Origin: the human T2T-CHM13v2.0 reference genome, Homo sapiens
Reading direction: 5' to 3' (one strand)
NCBI RefSeq assembly: GCF_009914755.1
Contig: NC_060939.1
DNA: 64,000 bases
Shown here: positions 11,831 to 26,381 of the stretch, in pieces
How the letters are laid out: each line of letters starts with the position of its first letter
Numbering within the stretch: the first letter of the stretch is position 1
Made by a program: the position numbers and the translations under genes
The notes under the pieces: model-generated
What the model was told of the DNA's origin: nothing
Seen by the model: only the letters and a program-made list of their open reading frames with translations
Database searches by the model: none

Positions 11831-14800
11831 TCCTTACAATCCTTGACTATCTTTTCTTTTCTCTCTAGAACTACAATTTCCGTGACTACAACCAAATCAA
11901 ATGTTACTCAGAGCTGTAGATACACTGGTTTCTTCGGGGCTCTAGAAATGTGGTTTTAAGAACTATATTTCCCTTCACCGTTTTCTCCCTCTTTCTTCTG
12001 TGCATGCCCAGGACGGAAAGGGCATAGAGTTTTGCAAGAAGTGAGGATTTTAAATTAAGGCTTAAAATCTTACCTTTGATGATGCATCACCTTGGGTGAA
12101 ATTCTGAGTGTACTAATGACCCCAGCCAAGCCATGTGGCAGCAAAACGATGATGCAAGGAGGCCCAGGCTCAGCGCTATGTGATGAGACAGCAGGACTCT
12201 GATTGACTGTCCTCTCTGGGGTTGAAATCCTCCACCATCCTCTGGATACGCTGAAAAACCTTCCTGGGGATTTGAAGAATTACATATTCTGAGACTCCAT
12301 AATGAAGTGTTTGCTTATCATTCATTTTACCCCCTTTGCAATAGTCTGAGCCTTCATTGTCACCTTAGGTCAAAACTATTTGGGTTGGTGGCAACTCATG
12401 ATAAGCACATGCTTTCGAAGGTTAAAATGCCATTCGTTTAAGACCATCAGATTAACTTTTTTATTTAAAAATTTTAAAAAACCTTCAAAGTGTGAGGAAG
12501 ACCAACTATATGTGTACTTGTGTCTATATGTGTATATGCCTGCCTATATGAATTAATCATGTAGGTACACTCAAACACATAGAAATGTTTGTACATCACA
12601 TATATATGATAGACATCTATTAAAATATGTTTTAAGAAATTAATGATACTTTGAAAAATTAGCAGAACTTCAAAAATAATTGTGTTTATAATTTATTGTG
12701 GAAAGAAAGAAATATTCCATCTTCTTTGAAAATCTGTTTTACCTCTAGCCAGAAAGGGAACAAATACTTTTGCTTAAAAGTAAAGTCTGTGAAGAGTACC
12801 ATTTCCATGGAGCAAGGCTCCTAACTAGCTGTCACTATGCAAAATTATTGAATATCTTAAAAATATAAGATCATCATTATAGGTGTGATTACTTTATCTT
12901 TTAACAACACAACAAATACATGTCTTTGAAAAACATATATTTATTATTTCCCCTTTTTGGCTAACAAGGTCTACTGAATGTGTAACATTCATTTATTCCA
13001 TTATTTTATTCATAATCGTGGCCACATTTTTTCTCAATAAACACACTACCCCCGTTAGAAAAATTATATATATTATAATACTCATATTGAATGGTTTTCT
13101 TCCAAAGTGGAAGAGAGCCATCTTGGTATGTTTATCATCAAAAGGAACACGTTCATATCCCACATCAAGTTTTCCATAAAGCCATTATTTAGTGGGCACA
13201 TGGTAAATTAATTTTACTCCACTGTGCTTGCTATTATACAAGTGACTCCCACCCCTGAGCCCAGAGCTGGAAAACTCCAGCTTTGACTGAGCTGAGTTCT
13301 TCCCTGTTGGTTGTCAGTATCAGTGGTTGTATAATCAGCAGGGGGCTGACAACTTCGCTACTGTGTATACACGTACATAGGTTTCTGTTGCTTCCAGTTT
13401 GTGATGATGGTATATCTGTAAGATTGATCTTAGGTGGAAACTCAGCAACTGGATGTCAAACACTCATAGGGTAGATGCATGCCTTTAGAAGGTATGTTTC
13501 TCAACAGCCAAGTTACTGACCATCATGCCACATGAATGCACTGGAACTTTTAGTTTGTAGAATTTGGGTAGAGCAGGTATTACTGTCCCTAACTTTTAGC
13601 TCTTTTTCTTAAAGGTTATTTTTAACTAGTGGTCAAGGTGTCCATTCACTGAGCTGTGCAGCTCCTATACCATTTGCCTGTAAACAATAGATTTTCCACA
13701 TGAAAAGCAAGGGCAAATACAATTTGCTGTCAATTTTGACTTAGCGGAAAGATACAGCACACATTCTCTATTTTTTTCTGCAGTTTGTTAGTGACTGTTG
13801 CTAGGTAATGCCTTCTCTACCAAGCATTAGGTATCTAACGAGAGGACCTAGAGAGTAGGTTTCATTATACAATTAGCCCCTGATGTGCTGACTACCAAGT
13901 TCCAGAATCTCACATAGCTGTGTTCAGATGAGAAAAAATATGTTCCAGGCCAATCGCTATGAATAGTTATGGTCAGAGCCTACAGTGATAGTAGACCATT
14001 TAAAAGTAGCCTATTCCTAATAACTCAGTTTCTGGTATGTCACCACTAATAACACCTTGCTTCATTTTCTTGAGGATTTACAGTCGAAATAGGATAGGGA
14101 TGTGTCAGAAACACCCTTAAAAATAGCAAAACTTCATGACACTGTCATTCAACAAATAAGTACACTTTGGAAAGTGGTGATTTCATGAAAGATAAACAAA
14201 CAGAGCATGCATAAACTCAATGCACACAAGCACACACACGTGCAGAAACAAAAATATGGTAAAAGGAAAAGAAAGATGGATAGAGCAAAATTATAAAATA
14301 TCCAGGATACAAGGAAGGCAAAACATGAGAAATAACCTTCTTTTGGCCTTCTAAGTAGATAGAAAGCTCTGTGGTGTAGGATCAGGCCTGGGAGCTGTAG
14401 GCCTAGCCAACTCAGTTTCTGCACAAAGCCCTCCAAGCCTCTGGCATGTAGTGCAGAGGACTTAGTCTCTCTACAGCTTCCGCTTTGTAGGGAAGTCTTG
14501 TGATGCAGCCTCATTTTTCTTTCAGTTGTGTTACCTGTGTTGCATGTTAAAAAAAAAAAAACAACTCTTTCCTCTTAAAAGTGATAATATAATTGAGATT
14601 ACTTTATTTACAGATATTAAAACATTGTTGGCAAATAAACATTGTATATAGTGCACAGCCTGATATGTTGAAACAGGTGTGCACTGCAGAAAGACGAACC
14701 CAAGATGACTGGGATTCTTGAGGCCCATCCCTGCCTTTCTCTAATCCTCATCTTCCATGCCACACAAAGTGTGCGATATTGAGGACTGAGATCCTGGGTG

Positions 14801-15729
14801 AAGGTGTAGCAGGTGGTTTTTGGTAGGAGGAGATGGAGGAGACAAAAAGGACTCTCAAAACATTGCTCTCACCTTCAAAGCTCCTACCCTCATTTGTCAT
14901 TGACCTCTGCGACTGGGTAAAGGGAGAGGAGAGGGTAAACAGAAGGCCACTCAAAGGAGGAAGAGTGGGTGTCCACAGAGGGGTCACAAATGAAGAAGGC
15001 AGCAGGGACAATACAGCAGGCAAGGTTGGGGAGTGGGGAGAGGCCACTCTCTGCCCAGGAGGCAGACCCTAGTCATCTTGAAGCTACCACTGCAGATGAT
15101 CTCATTCTTCCTCAGGGATACCCTTATGCAAGCAATTTCTGATTATATATTTGGAAGGTGAAATTAATTTTTTCCTTTCAAGTCATGTGTTGAGGGAGGA
15201 AAAAAAAAACCTTTTTGTAAACTGGAAATTTTTAATTTCTCTCCTCCCAGGGCCAAATTAAGTGGAAAATATTAAGCAATTCTAAACCCAATTCGAAAAT
15301 TGTCCTGAGGTAAACTCTTCCTAAGACCTGATGGAATGTATCATTTTGAATAATTCCAAAGTTAACAGGAACATTGTCAGGAATAGGGAACACTCAACTC
15401 CAAAGAAAAATTAACTGTGATTTAAAGCAGTTTTCCACTGAGAAAATTGTGTTATTCTTCTTTCTAATTGCTTTTTGTATGCTATTTTATTCTTTCCCTA
15501 CAGTTGGAGCTCTAATCCTAACTGACTGAAAATCCTTCCCTTCCCAGATACCTTAAAAATATCCAAAGAGAAATTCCCAGGTCTCCTTCATCACAGAGCC
15601 TAAAATCTGTTTACTAATGACTGTACTCAACATAAGAAACTTCTAGAATCTGTCCCTACTGTGGCCCTGTCCATTTTGGGGTCAGGATGGAGCACACCAG
15701 CAGACAGGGGCTCCCCCACCCCTTTTCTG

Positions 15730-16045
15730 GAGGCCTTGGGCCAAGCTGTTGCTCTCGCTGGAATAGCCGCATCACGGCCTCCCTCACCCCCTTCCAGTAA
15801 CTGCACCCCACTCCTTCCACCTAGCTAACACCTGCACGATTTCCTGGTCTCTGCTCAGCTGCTACTTCCCCTTTCTCAGCTTCCTTCACCGCAGTCAGGG
15901 AGGGTGAAATGCCTCTCTTTGGACTTCAGTGTTCCCAGCACTGGGTCACACTATGGGTATGGTTTAGTCTGTTCCCATCCCCGGACTGGCCAAGAGCAAT
16001 GTGAGCCAGAGGACCCTGTCAGATTTTTCTGCAGAATCTAGCAGC
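15730..16045 (+). mobile_element. L2 fragment
   Basis: 'gctgttgctctcgctggaatag', 'ccacctagctaacacctgc', 'ccagaggaccctgtc'. Confidence 0.55.
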
Positions 16046-16202
16046 CCCTCCTGATCTCTACTGTGCCTGCTTCTGTTCAGATCCTCATGTCTTTGTGGGA
16101 CTGTTGGAGTGGCCTTCCTTCTAGTCTCTTGCCACTAGTTTCTCTCTGGTCCTTGCATCTTCTGCACTCACGGATGTAGCCATTTGATTGTCATTTCTGA
16201 CT

Positions 16203-16203
<1 letters not shown>

Positions 16204-16241
<38 letters not shown>
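16204..16241. repeat. (AC)19 microsatellite
   Basis: Perfect dinucleotide run read directly. Confidence 0.98.
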
Positions 16242-16243
<2 letters not shown>

Positions 16244-18714
16244 AGTCTCCCCATGTACCCACAAAGCCCTCTCCCTGCCGGCCTCTTCATCTCTCTCTGC
16301 ATTCCATCCATGTACTCTAAGCTCCCCCAATGTCACGCTCCTGATCATCCTGTGAGTTCTCTTCCCGTCTCCCTGGTCTGTTCCTAGCTCTCAGTGTCTG
16401 TCGTGTGCACGGTGAGTTAATGCAGTAACCGCAAGTTCTATCACTCCTTGTACAAGATTCACCTTCTGAAGCTTGTTTCTCTTCACACCCTGGATGCTGT
16501 GGCATTTTCTTTGGTGTAAGGAGACCGTATGCCCCAGGTTTCTTCAATCCTAGCTCTCACACTTCCTGAGCTGACCATGAAGTTTAGGTCCATCATCAGG
16601 GAGTCGGAGGCTTCATGAGCACCTTCCCCAGCGGTGTTAATATCGTCCAAGGAAAGGAAGACAGTGCACTAGAATCTCCCATGCAGTCTAATTTCTGTGA
16701 TGAAATTTTTGATATGGTGGTGCAGCCCTCAGCCTCCCTGAAACAGGATGTGTCTCTGGAGGCCTGCAGCAAAGTCCTTGATGACTCTCATGCTGCAGAC
16801 CTCCCATGACCTGGGACTGCCAGAGGGCTTTAGGGGTGGACCAAGGTGTGTAAGGGAGAAGCCCAGTGGAACAGTGGCACCCACTACCCTTTGATTTTAG
16901 AGAGTTGGGCTGAGTGAGTTAGGGGGAGAAAGGGGCTTTTCTCTTAATTTTTACCCCTCCATAACTCTTGAGAGGTTTATTCTGGTGAGTTCTCACTAGA
17001 GTTAATTTTCTGACCCCAAACTGGATAATTTGGTGCATAAGTGGTACTGAGTATCAGCATGATTAATATGATGTTATTTCCCATCTTCTATTTAGTCTAA
17101 GCATTTGTGATTGCTTGGTGATCACGCTATATGAGATAAAATGAAAACAAAATAAACTCATATGATTAAAAAAAAAGTCTTGGTCATTAATCTCATTTGG
17201 CAGGAGTGGGTAAGGTTTTTGAGATTAACTGAAATTACTCTGACTCCCAAGATCTGAATAGTGAAATGACTGTTAATTGCACACACAGAGTCACAAGAAT
17301 TATTGGCAGTGACTTGTTTTCCACAGTAAACAACAGACCCCTGTGAGGTGTTGCTGGAGGCCTCCCTCCCTTTCACCTGGTTCAGAAGCCCTGTGTAAAT
17401 ATCATTTGGGAGGAGGAATTATTCCACGGGAAGATATCAAAGCTGGACATTATTTTTTGTTCAGCTAACAGGTATGTAAATTCACCTCTTTAAACCCCTT
17501 AAGGAGGGCAGAGATTATTAGCAAATCTATTGTAGCTGAAGCATAAATTGAGGGAAGAGCTAAGATAAAGCTTGGAGGAAATTTATTTGTGGTGATAAGT
17601 AGAACACATTTTTCAGCCTGTAGAGAATGTGGAAGAGGTAAACTAACATGGCAAAAAGCAGAGAGGGGACACATTCTGAGTGGAAGGACTCAAAGATAGA
17701 TCTGATAGTTCAGATTTCTACAGATCAATGTCCCAGCTCACAGCTATATGCAACAGAGTGGACCAAACTTTAAGAACTATTGGCTTAAACTAATTATTCT
17801 ATGCCTTTTCTGAGCCACTGTGCATGGTAATGGCCTGTGTCAAAAGCAGAGATTGTTAGCAACAGAAGGGATCTTGAAAGCATCCAGTTCAGGGAATTCT
17901 AACCTGTGGAATCCTGAGGGGTACCCCCAAGTTGAGGGTGGACGGGAGACTAGGTTGGCAGGGCTTGGCATATCCGTTCCCATTTCAACCAATTAAGCAT
18001 CATTTTTATTTGTTTTATAAATTTCACTTAAATTTGTGAAAGTGGCTGGTTGAATCCACCCTGCTCAGTTTACAGGGAAGCAAGAGCTGCAACTGTGCCC
18101 TCTTGCCCTGACTGCTGTCCCCTGATACTCAACTCAGTTTCTTTCTGGTGCTCCATAGTGATGGCTTATGTTGGTAGGATTACCTGCCACCCACAGATCA
18201 TCAGTGTTGTTGGCCATATTTGTTATAGAGACTTGGCAACAATTACAGGTATATATGGATTACACAGAAGGGCAGATGTGGAATACCTAAATGTCATACA
18301 TTCCCAAACTCTACCTTTCATTTGTTAGGCAGCTGGGTGTTTGGACCGAGGTATGTTCGTTAATACTGAGACTCATAGCCCCACAACAAAAAGATCTGGG
18401 GTTGCTCTGAAACTGCTGGAGAACTTGACTAGTCACTTTGATTTTGGGGGTGCACGTGTGGCAGTTTAAATAATATTATATAGTTTCCTAAAATCCTCAA
18501 GTGCAATGTTCTGTGAACCTGAGAGTACAGGCTGGATTGATTTATTTTAACTCCAAATTCATACTGAAGAGTTTTCTTTGAAATATAGTGTTGTCACTGA
18601 GATATTCAAAATATTTAAAAGAAGAATTGACATGAAAACACCAGTCAGTATAGATACAGATTGTCACAACTATACTGTTTGTATGAGCTGAGTGTTAGCC
18701 TTGGTTATGCCAGA

Positions 18715-18860
18715 CGGTAGTGTGATGGGCAAGAAAACATAGATTCCAGTTCTAGAACAGTCACAGATTTGCTGTGTGACTTTGGACAAACCACTTTTCC
18801 TCTCTGGGTTTCAGTTTCTTCATTTGAAAGAATCTAGGCAATCTAAACTTTCTCATCTCT
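18715..18860 (+). mobile_element. MIR
   Basis: 'tttgctgtgtgactttggacaaaccacttttcctctctgggtttcagtttcttcatttg'. Confidence 0.85.
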
Positions 18861-19863
18861 CCAGTCTGTAAATCTAAGGTTCTCTATAAATCATGGAAAA
18901 TAGGACTGAGTTATGGGATAGGACTGACATTTAAAAAAGAAAGAAAAAAAGAAATGCACACTTTCCTGGGACTTGGAATAATGGTTGTAGACTTCTGAGA
19001 ATTCCTAAATACCCTAATTATATATTTCTATTTGTACCACAGTGGTTTTGTCTATGGCCACTGCCTATCCACAAAGATTTCTTCAAGATCTCATTTCACA
19101 ACTGAAAAAGATGCTAACAGCAAAAGGCATCTCATTAGTTAACATTCATAATTATTCCTACTGTTAATCAACAAGTCTTAATATGTATTGAAAAACAGCA
19201 TTTCATGAATATTGAATGTTCTGTTGCCTCTATTCAGTATGTGCTGGGTGAATAGAGAAATTTAAGTAATCTCTAAAACTGCTGCTATTTAAAAGCCAGC
19301 AACCAAAAACTGCAATACTATTTGTTTTTTTTTTTTTAAACCCAGATAAATTACACCCCTCTTTACTCATTATCTATCTGCTAAACGTGTCTAGGCACCC
19401 ACCACTGGTACAAACTCTGATGTAGTGCGTGCAAAAATCTCAAGCAAATATTGACAAATATTTCAAGAACTGAGTATATAAAATCCTAGTCACATCATAT
19501 ATGCCTCATTAATTTAAATCCAAACCATTAGCTGTATTAGATTTCTACTTACAGTAGTGGAGAAATATTATTGCATATCAATGAACACTTTCCATAGCAA
19601 GGGAACATATATTATAGGTGTAATTCATTAAACAACTTCCATATAATCTAATAGCATGGACCCAACTCTTTATCATATCTATCCCTACAATCCAAGAGCA
19701 CTTGACATTTTGTGGACATGATGTTTATCTTTGAGGTTAACCACAAGATGCAAACTCTAACAAGATCTGAGAGCCTTTTTAGTGCCCACTCCGTCTCTTG
19801 CAATACCACGTGTGGAGTACACGTCTCCTTTTGGGGCATCCTTCACTGTAAGATGAATTATCT

Positions 19864-20136
19864 GGCCAGGCACGGTGCTCACGCCTGTAGTCTCAGCACT
19901 TTGGGAGGCCGAGGCAGGCAGATCACCTGAGGTCGGGAGTTCGAGACCAGCCTGACCAACATGGAGAAACCCCCGTCTCTACTAAAAATACAAAATTAGC
20001 CGGGTGTGGTGGTGCATGCCTGTAATTCCAGCTACCCGGGAGGCAGAGGCTGCGGTGAGGCAAGATGGCGTCATTGCACTCCAGCCTGGGCAATAAGAGC
20101 AAAACTCCATCTCAAAAAAAAAAAGAAAAGAAAAAA
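19864..20136 (+). mobile_element. AluSp-like with an internal right-arm deletion
   Basis: Diagnostic 'gaggtcgggagttcgagaccagcctgaccaacatggagaaacc'; the right arm reads 'ctacccgggaggcagagg', skipping the 'ctgaggcaggagaat...' segment. Confidence 0.95.
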
Positions 20137-20302
20137 TCTACATTGCACTTGTCCCATTCATGAGTCTTGAAGTCAAATAAAAGTATAGGAATTCTTTAAG
20201 ATTCCATGGGATATTAATGTATTTTCACAGAGGAAAAATTCTAAACTAAGCAAGAATGACAGAAAAGCAGTGGAAGACACACAGAGATATGATTGAATTC
20301 AT

Positions 20303-20550
20303 AACTGGCTGGTAAAATCTGTGGGCTCTGGAATGAGATGATTTGAAATCTGGTTACACCACTTGCTACCTAAGTCACTTTTGGCAGATTGACTTTTCTG
20401 ATCCTCAGTTTTCTCATGTATAAAATGGAAAATGTAACAGTTTTTACCTAATGATAGCTATGAAGATTAAAACAGATAACATATGTAATGTGTGTAGAAG
20501 AGTTCTTGGTGTATAATAAGTGAGCAGTGAATATTACTCATTATTATTTT
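20303..20550 (+). mobile_element. MIR, near full length
   Basis: 'ggctctggaatgaga', 'cctcagttttctcatgtataaaatgg', 'gaagattaaaacagataacatatgtaa'. Confidence 0.85.
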
Positions 20551-20586
20551 TTGTTTCAACAAACACTAAAAACACTACTGTAATTA

Positions 20587-20907
<321 letters not shown>

Positions 20908-22177
20908 TATATATATATAATATAGTGAATTTTTGAAAGTAAAAAGGTCATCAAAGAAAACTGAAGACTAAGCTTAAAAGCAATGGTAATTAGAAAAGAA
21001 AAAAGAAAAAAATTAAATAGTATAATTAATTCCAGAGCTCATTTTAAAAACACACTAAAACCACATTTCTGCCACATTTAATCTATAATAAAAGCCATAA
21101 TGTACAATATTAGGAATGAGAATGGGACTGCAAATACAGCTGTGGAGGAGATTAGGAAAATGAAAAAAAAATCCCATTTACAGTCCCAGCAAATGGATGA
21201 TTATTAGGGAAAACAAAAATGATAAACATCATGTCAACAAAATACCAAGTGCTCTTTGATTGTTGGGATAGAATATGATAGAGTCAGGTTCATGTCATTA
21301 GATTATAGAAAAAGTTGTTTAATGAATTACAGCTATAATATATGTCCCCTTGCAATGAAAAGCATTAATTTACATGCAATAAACCTCTCCAGGCAATATT
21401 TAATTACCAGCAAAGAATAAGGCACTGAGCCCAGATAGATTACTAGGTGAATTCCAGCAAACATTCAAGAAGAAAATAATTCCAGTTCTATTTTAAATAT
21501 CCAGATTTTTAAAAATGGAGAAAATGTCCTCAAATCATTTTGTTATATTAGCATAATTTTGGAGCTATAAATTAACATTGCATACTTTTCTGGTTCAGCA
21601 TCAGTATAGTTGCAAATGTTCTAAATTAAATATTAATAAGATTCAGTTGAATTGAAAGACGTTTCAACATCAAGAAAGCTATTAAAATAATTTATTACAT
21701 GAATAGGTCAAAGGAGAAAAATACAATTCTCACAATGTATTCTGAATCCATTAAATAAAACCCAACATCCATCCCTCATTAAAAAAAAAAAAAATCTCAA
21801 ACTGATTCTAGAAAAATCCTTTTTTGATATACTAAAAATATCTGAAATCTACCATGAAAATTACAAATGATGATGAAGCCTTAAAAGCATTCTTATTAAC
21901 ATTAGGGGAAGGTATTTTGTCATGATTTGATAACTTCTAGAAAAATTATAAAATGTAAAAAATAAATAAATATAAATATTTCACACACCAAGGAATAAAC
22001 TTAACTCTTGTGTACAACTTAGTTTGAAAAGAGAACTTCACTGTTTATTTACCTATTGGTGAAATAAGACTAATACATGCAGAACGATTTCCCTGTTTCA
22101 CATATTTAATACCATTAAATTTGTCTAAATTTATAATTTTACTGTGATCTCAGTAAAGGCATCATTATATTTTAAAG

Positions 22178-22539
22178 CAGTGGTCCTCAACCTTTTTGGC
22201 ACCAGGGACCAGTTTTCCTGAAAGACAATTTTTCCGCAGACAGGGGGTGGCGAGGATCGTTTCAGGATGAAACTATTTCACCTAAGATCTGCAGGAATTA
22301 AGTTAGATTCTCATAAGGAGAGGAATCTAGATCCCTCACAGGTGCAGTTCACAGTAGGGTTCCTGCTTCTAAGAGAATCTAATGCTTCAGCTGATCTGAG
22401 AGGAGGCGGAGCTCGGGCAGTAATGCTGGCTCACCTGCTGCTCACCTCCTACCCAGGTCACTTACCTGCTGTTCACCTGCAGCCCAGGTCCTAACAGGTC
22501 ACAGGTACAAGTCTGCAGGCCTGGGATTGGGGAACCCTT
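22178..22539 (+). mobile_element. MER1B-like hAT-Charlie non-autonomous DNA transposon
   Basis: Begins 'cagtggtcctcaacctttttggcaccagggacc', ends 'ttggggaaccct'; possible degenerate 8-bp TSD ttttaaag / ttttggag. Confidence 0.9.
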
Positions 22540-22939
22540 TTTTGGAGGAAACACGAAAAATAATTCTAAATTTATTTAAAGAGAAAAATAAGAAGAATAC
22601 TGAAATTTTTTTAAAAAAAGAAGTCATAAAGGAAAGCTTATTCCAACTGATAAAATAATGTTCTAAAAACCACAGTAATTAAAACAGGAAAGCATTATCA
22701 CAGGAATAAACAGGCAGAGGCTACATCCAGATCAGAACTTTGTATATCTATGCAAGCATCTAAAATATTTTTATTTAAAATGTATAATGTGACATCTCAA
22801 GCAAGCAATAAAATTAAGCATCAATAGAAAATGTTATTGTGTTTATTCCCAAATAATTTGGTTTAAGAAATGAAGGCCCTTACTGTATCCTATGTCTGCA
22901 AAATAAATTGCATACGGACTAAAATTTAAGTTTATTAGG

Positions 22940-23496
22940 AAACAAGCTGGTAGGTCTTCAAAAAGTTAAACATAGAGTTACCATTTGAATTAGGACTTCT
23001 GCTCCTAGGTGTATACCTAGAGGAAATAAAAGCATATGCTCACACAATACATGTATACCACCAAATGCTTATAGCAGCATTTTCAGAATTAGCAAAAGGT
23101 GGCAATAATCCAAATATCAATGCCTAACAATTGATGAATGTCTATGCAAAATGTGATACTGATAAATACTACAAAATGGAGGAATCTTAAAAACATTATG
23201 CTAAGTGAAAGAAGCCAGTCACAAAAGACCATGTGTTGTATGATTCCATTTATGTGAGATGTCCGGAATAGACAAATTTACAGAAAGATAGAGTAGATTA
23301 ATGGTTGAGACATACTGGAAGAATGTGGTGGGATGGGGGTAAGGAGGTGAAAGCTGAAGGATGTGAGGTTTCTTTTAGGGCCAATGAAAATATTCTAATA
23401 TTCTGCAAATATACTAAAAACCATTGAACTGTATAGTTTAAATTCATGAATTATATGGTATGTGAATATCTTGATAAATCTATTAAAAAATAAAAA
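22940..23496 (+). mobile_element. L1MB-like 3' end
   Basis: 'aacattatgctaagtgaaagaagccagtcacaaaagacc...gtatgattccattt' and terminal 'aaaaccattgaactgta...tatatggtatgtgaat'. Confidence 0.88.
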
Positions 23497-24009
23497 ATTG
23501 TTTTTAAAATAAAATAACATTCTTGTGCTCAACATTTTGCTTATAATAACAAAGCCAAAAGTAACAAAGAAAAATACACTCATAGATTTAGATATGCAGA
23601 AATGAATAAGAACTTATCCTCAATGGACAAAGTTACATAACAAGTGATAATATACAAAAATATTTGCAATATATAAGAACAACATAACGTTAATATCATT
23701 AAAAACTAAGTGGAAATAGTTAAATATTAAAAGTGAGAAAAGGACATACTTAAGTTATTCACAAAGGAAAAAATTCTATTGGTCAATAACAATGTGACAG
23801 AATGGTCAAGAGCACGGGTAACAGAAATAAACACATTAAAACAATGATGATGTATTTTGGCTACAGAATGGGAAAGATAAATAACGAAATATGTACTATG
23901 TTTGCAACACTGTGATAAACCAAAGTTTCATTTAATATTAGTGTATACAATTCCACATACGCTTCATTATACTCTTTCTGTGGGGTCATTTAGTCCTGAG
24001 GAGTAGTCT

Positions 24010-24260
24010 AAGTCTAATAGTAAAGGCTGTGACATCACATAGACATGGCTTCGAATCCTAATTCTGCAATATAGTAGCTGGGTTACTTTGGTAATTGACC
24101 CAACCAATCTAGCCTTCACTTTTCCTTATTGCAAAATTGTAATACTCTTTGCACGGGATTGTTCAGGGGCTGGAAATAAAACGCAAGTAAAAACAAAATC
24201 CAACACGTTGTTTAATGCATAGTAAACAAACTGGCTGTTGCTTAAAAACAATAATTACTA
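24010..24260 (+). mobile_element. MIR
   Basis: 'ggcttcgaatcctaattctgc...tagctgggttactttgg...ttttccttattgcaaaattg'. Confidence 0.7.
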
Positions 24261-24679
24261 GTTTAAAAAAATCCACGTCTTTTAACTTCAGAATTTCACT
24301 CCCTGGAATATTTTTGAGTAACATAATTAAGAACCTATGCAAAAAGAAGGCAATGCTCAGATTGGTAAATTACTGAATTACTATTTGCAAGAATTTTAGT
24401 GTATCCATAGAATGGACTATTACGTAGCCATAAAAATGGTTTTAAACATTTCAAAAATTACTTCAGCAATATGTAACCAAAACCTTAAAATGTTTATAGT
24501 CGTGGATCAAGCAATTTTACATGGAACTTATCCCAAGAAGGTAATCATACTATGTTCATAATCTGCAAATATGACAATAATAGCAGTAGTGAAAAACTAA
24601 AATCAACCTAAATGCTAAATAATAAGAGATTGTTAAACTCCTACCAGAGTTAACTACTTGATCATTTTACTTATACCAG

Positions 24680-25110
24680 GAATTCCTTATGTGGCCAGAA
24701 ACTGAGTTTATCATCTTTATCCACCCGACTTGCTCCAGTGTTCCCAATCTTGGGATATGATTTTATCACCCACCAATGTTTGTTCAAGCTAGAAGCCTGG
24801 AAGTCATCCTTAACCTCTCTGTTCTCTCCCCTCCACAATAAGCAGAAGGCCTATTTATGATTCTCCCCAAATCTCTCACAAATGCAAGCTTTTCTTTTTG
24901 GTCCCACCATCCCAGTCCAGGTCTTGGTCATCTCTTGCCTGAACTACTACCATGACCTTCTCGCTGGTCATTGTGTCAACTCCTTCACACTTGCTGCTCA
25001 CTCTTTTTCTGACTCAAATATTTATACTTAAACCATAGTTATCTTTTAAAAACATACATTAAGTCATATCAGTCATTTCTCTATTTTAAACAGTTCAATA
25101 GTTCTTAGAA
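24680..25110 (+). mobile_element. L2 fragment
   Basis: 'caagctagaagcctggaagtcatccttaac', 'cccagtccaggtcttggtcatctcttgcctgaactac'. Confidence 0.8.
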
Positions 25111-25770
25111 AGTTCTGGCTGAATGGTGGGCATGCCAGCACTGAAACTCTTCAAGTGCAAAGATTAAAGTTAGTAGAGATTTGATGAGGAAGTTAAAAAG
25201 ATGCTACAAAAAAATGGGCAAGTTAGAAAAAGAACAAAATAAAACATTTACAAATTAACAGCATAAAGCTCAGTGGACAAACATCAGCTAGATATTTACT
25301 AGAGAGTAAATATCAAACTACTATTGGTCAATAACAACATGTTTGCTACTAGACAAACATCAGCTAGATATTTACTAGACAGTAAATATCAGCTAGATAA
25401 AGAATTAGCGAATAGGAGGATAAATCTGAGAGATCTGCACAGAATGCAGTACAGAGAAACAATATGAGGGAATACAAAAAGAAGCTAAGAAACGTGGAAA
25501 TAAAGGCATGCTAATGGGAGAGAAAAGGGCATTTGAAAGGGATCTCCAGAAGGAGAGAACAAAGATGACACCTGATGAACTAAAAATTATAAATTACATG
25601 AATTCTGTGATTGGAGAAGCATACCAGTTCTAAAGAGAAATAAATGACATCTATATCTTGGCACTCAATAGTGAAAGTGCAGAACAACAAAGACAAAAGG
25701 AATAGCCAAAAACAATCATAAACATACATAATTTGAGACTTCTCAATAGCAACATAAAAGATCACCAGAA

Positions 25771-26381
<611 letters not shown>

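Larger units (their letters stand above)
20950..24640 (+). mobile_element. Old L1M (L1ME-like) ORF2/3' remnant with nested elements
   Basis: A-rich strand; 'ccagatagattactaggtgaattccagcaaacattcaag' (RT region) and 'atagaatggactattacgtagccataaaaa' (3' region). Confidence 0.7.

Noticed and set aside
25276-25399. Repeat-spacer-repeat pattern with palindromic repeats, superficially CRISPR-like
   Set aside because: Only two units, primate L1 context and no cas genes; better explained as a repair scar
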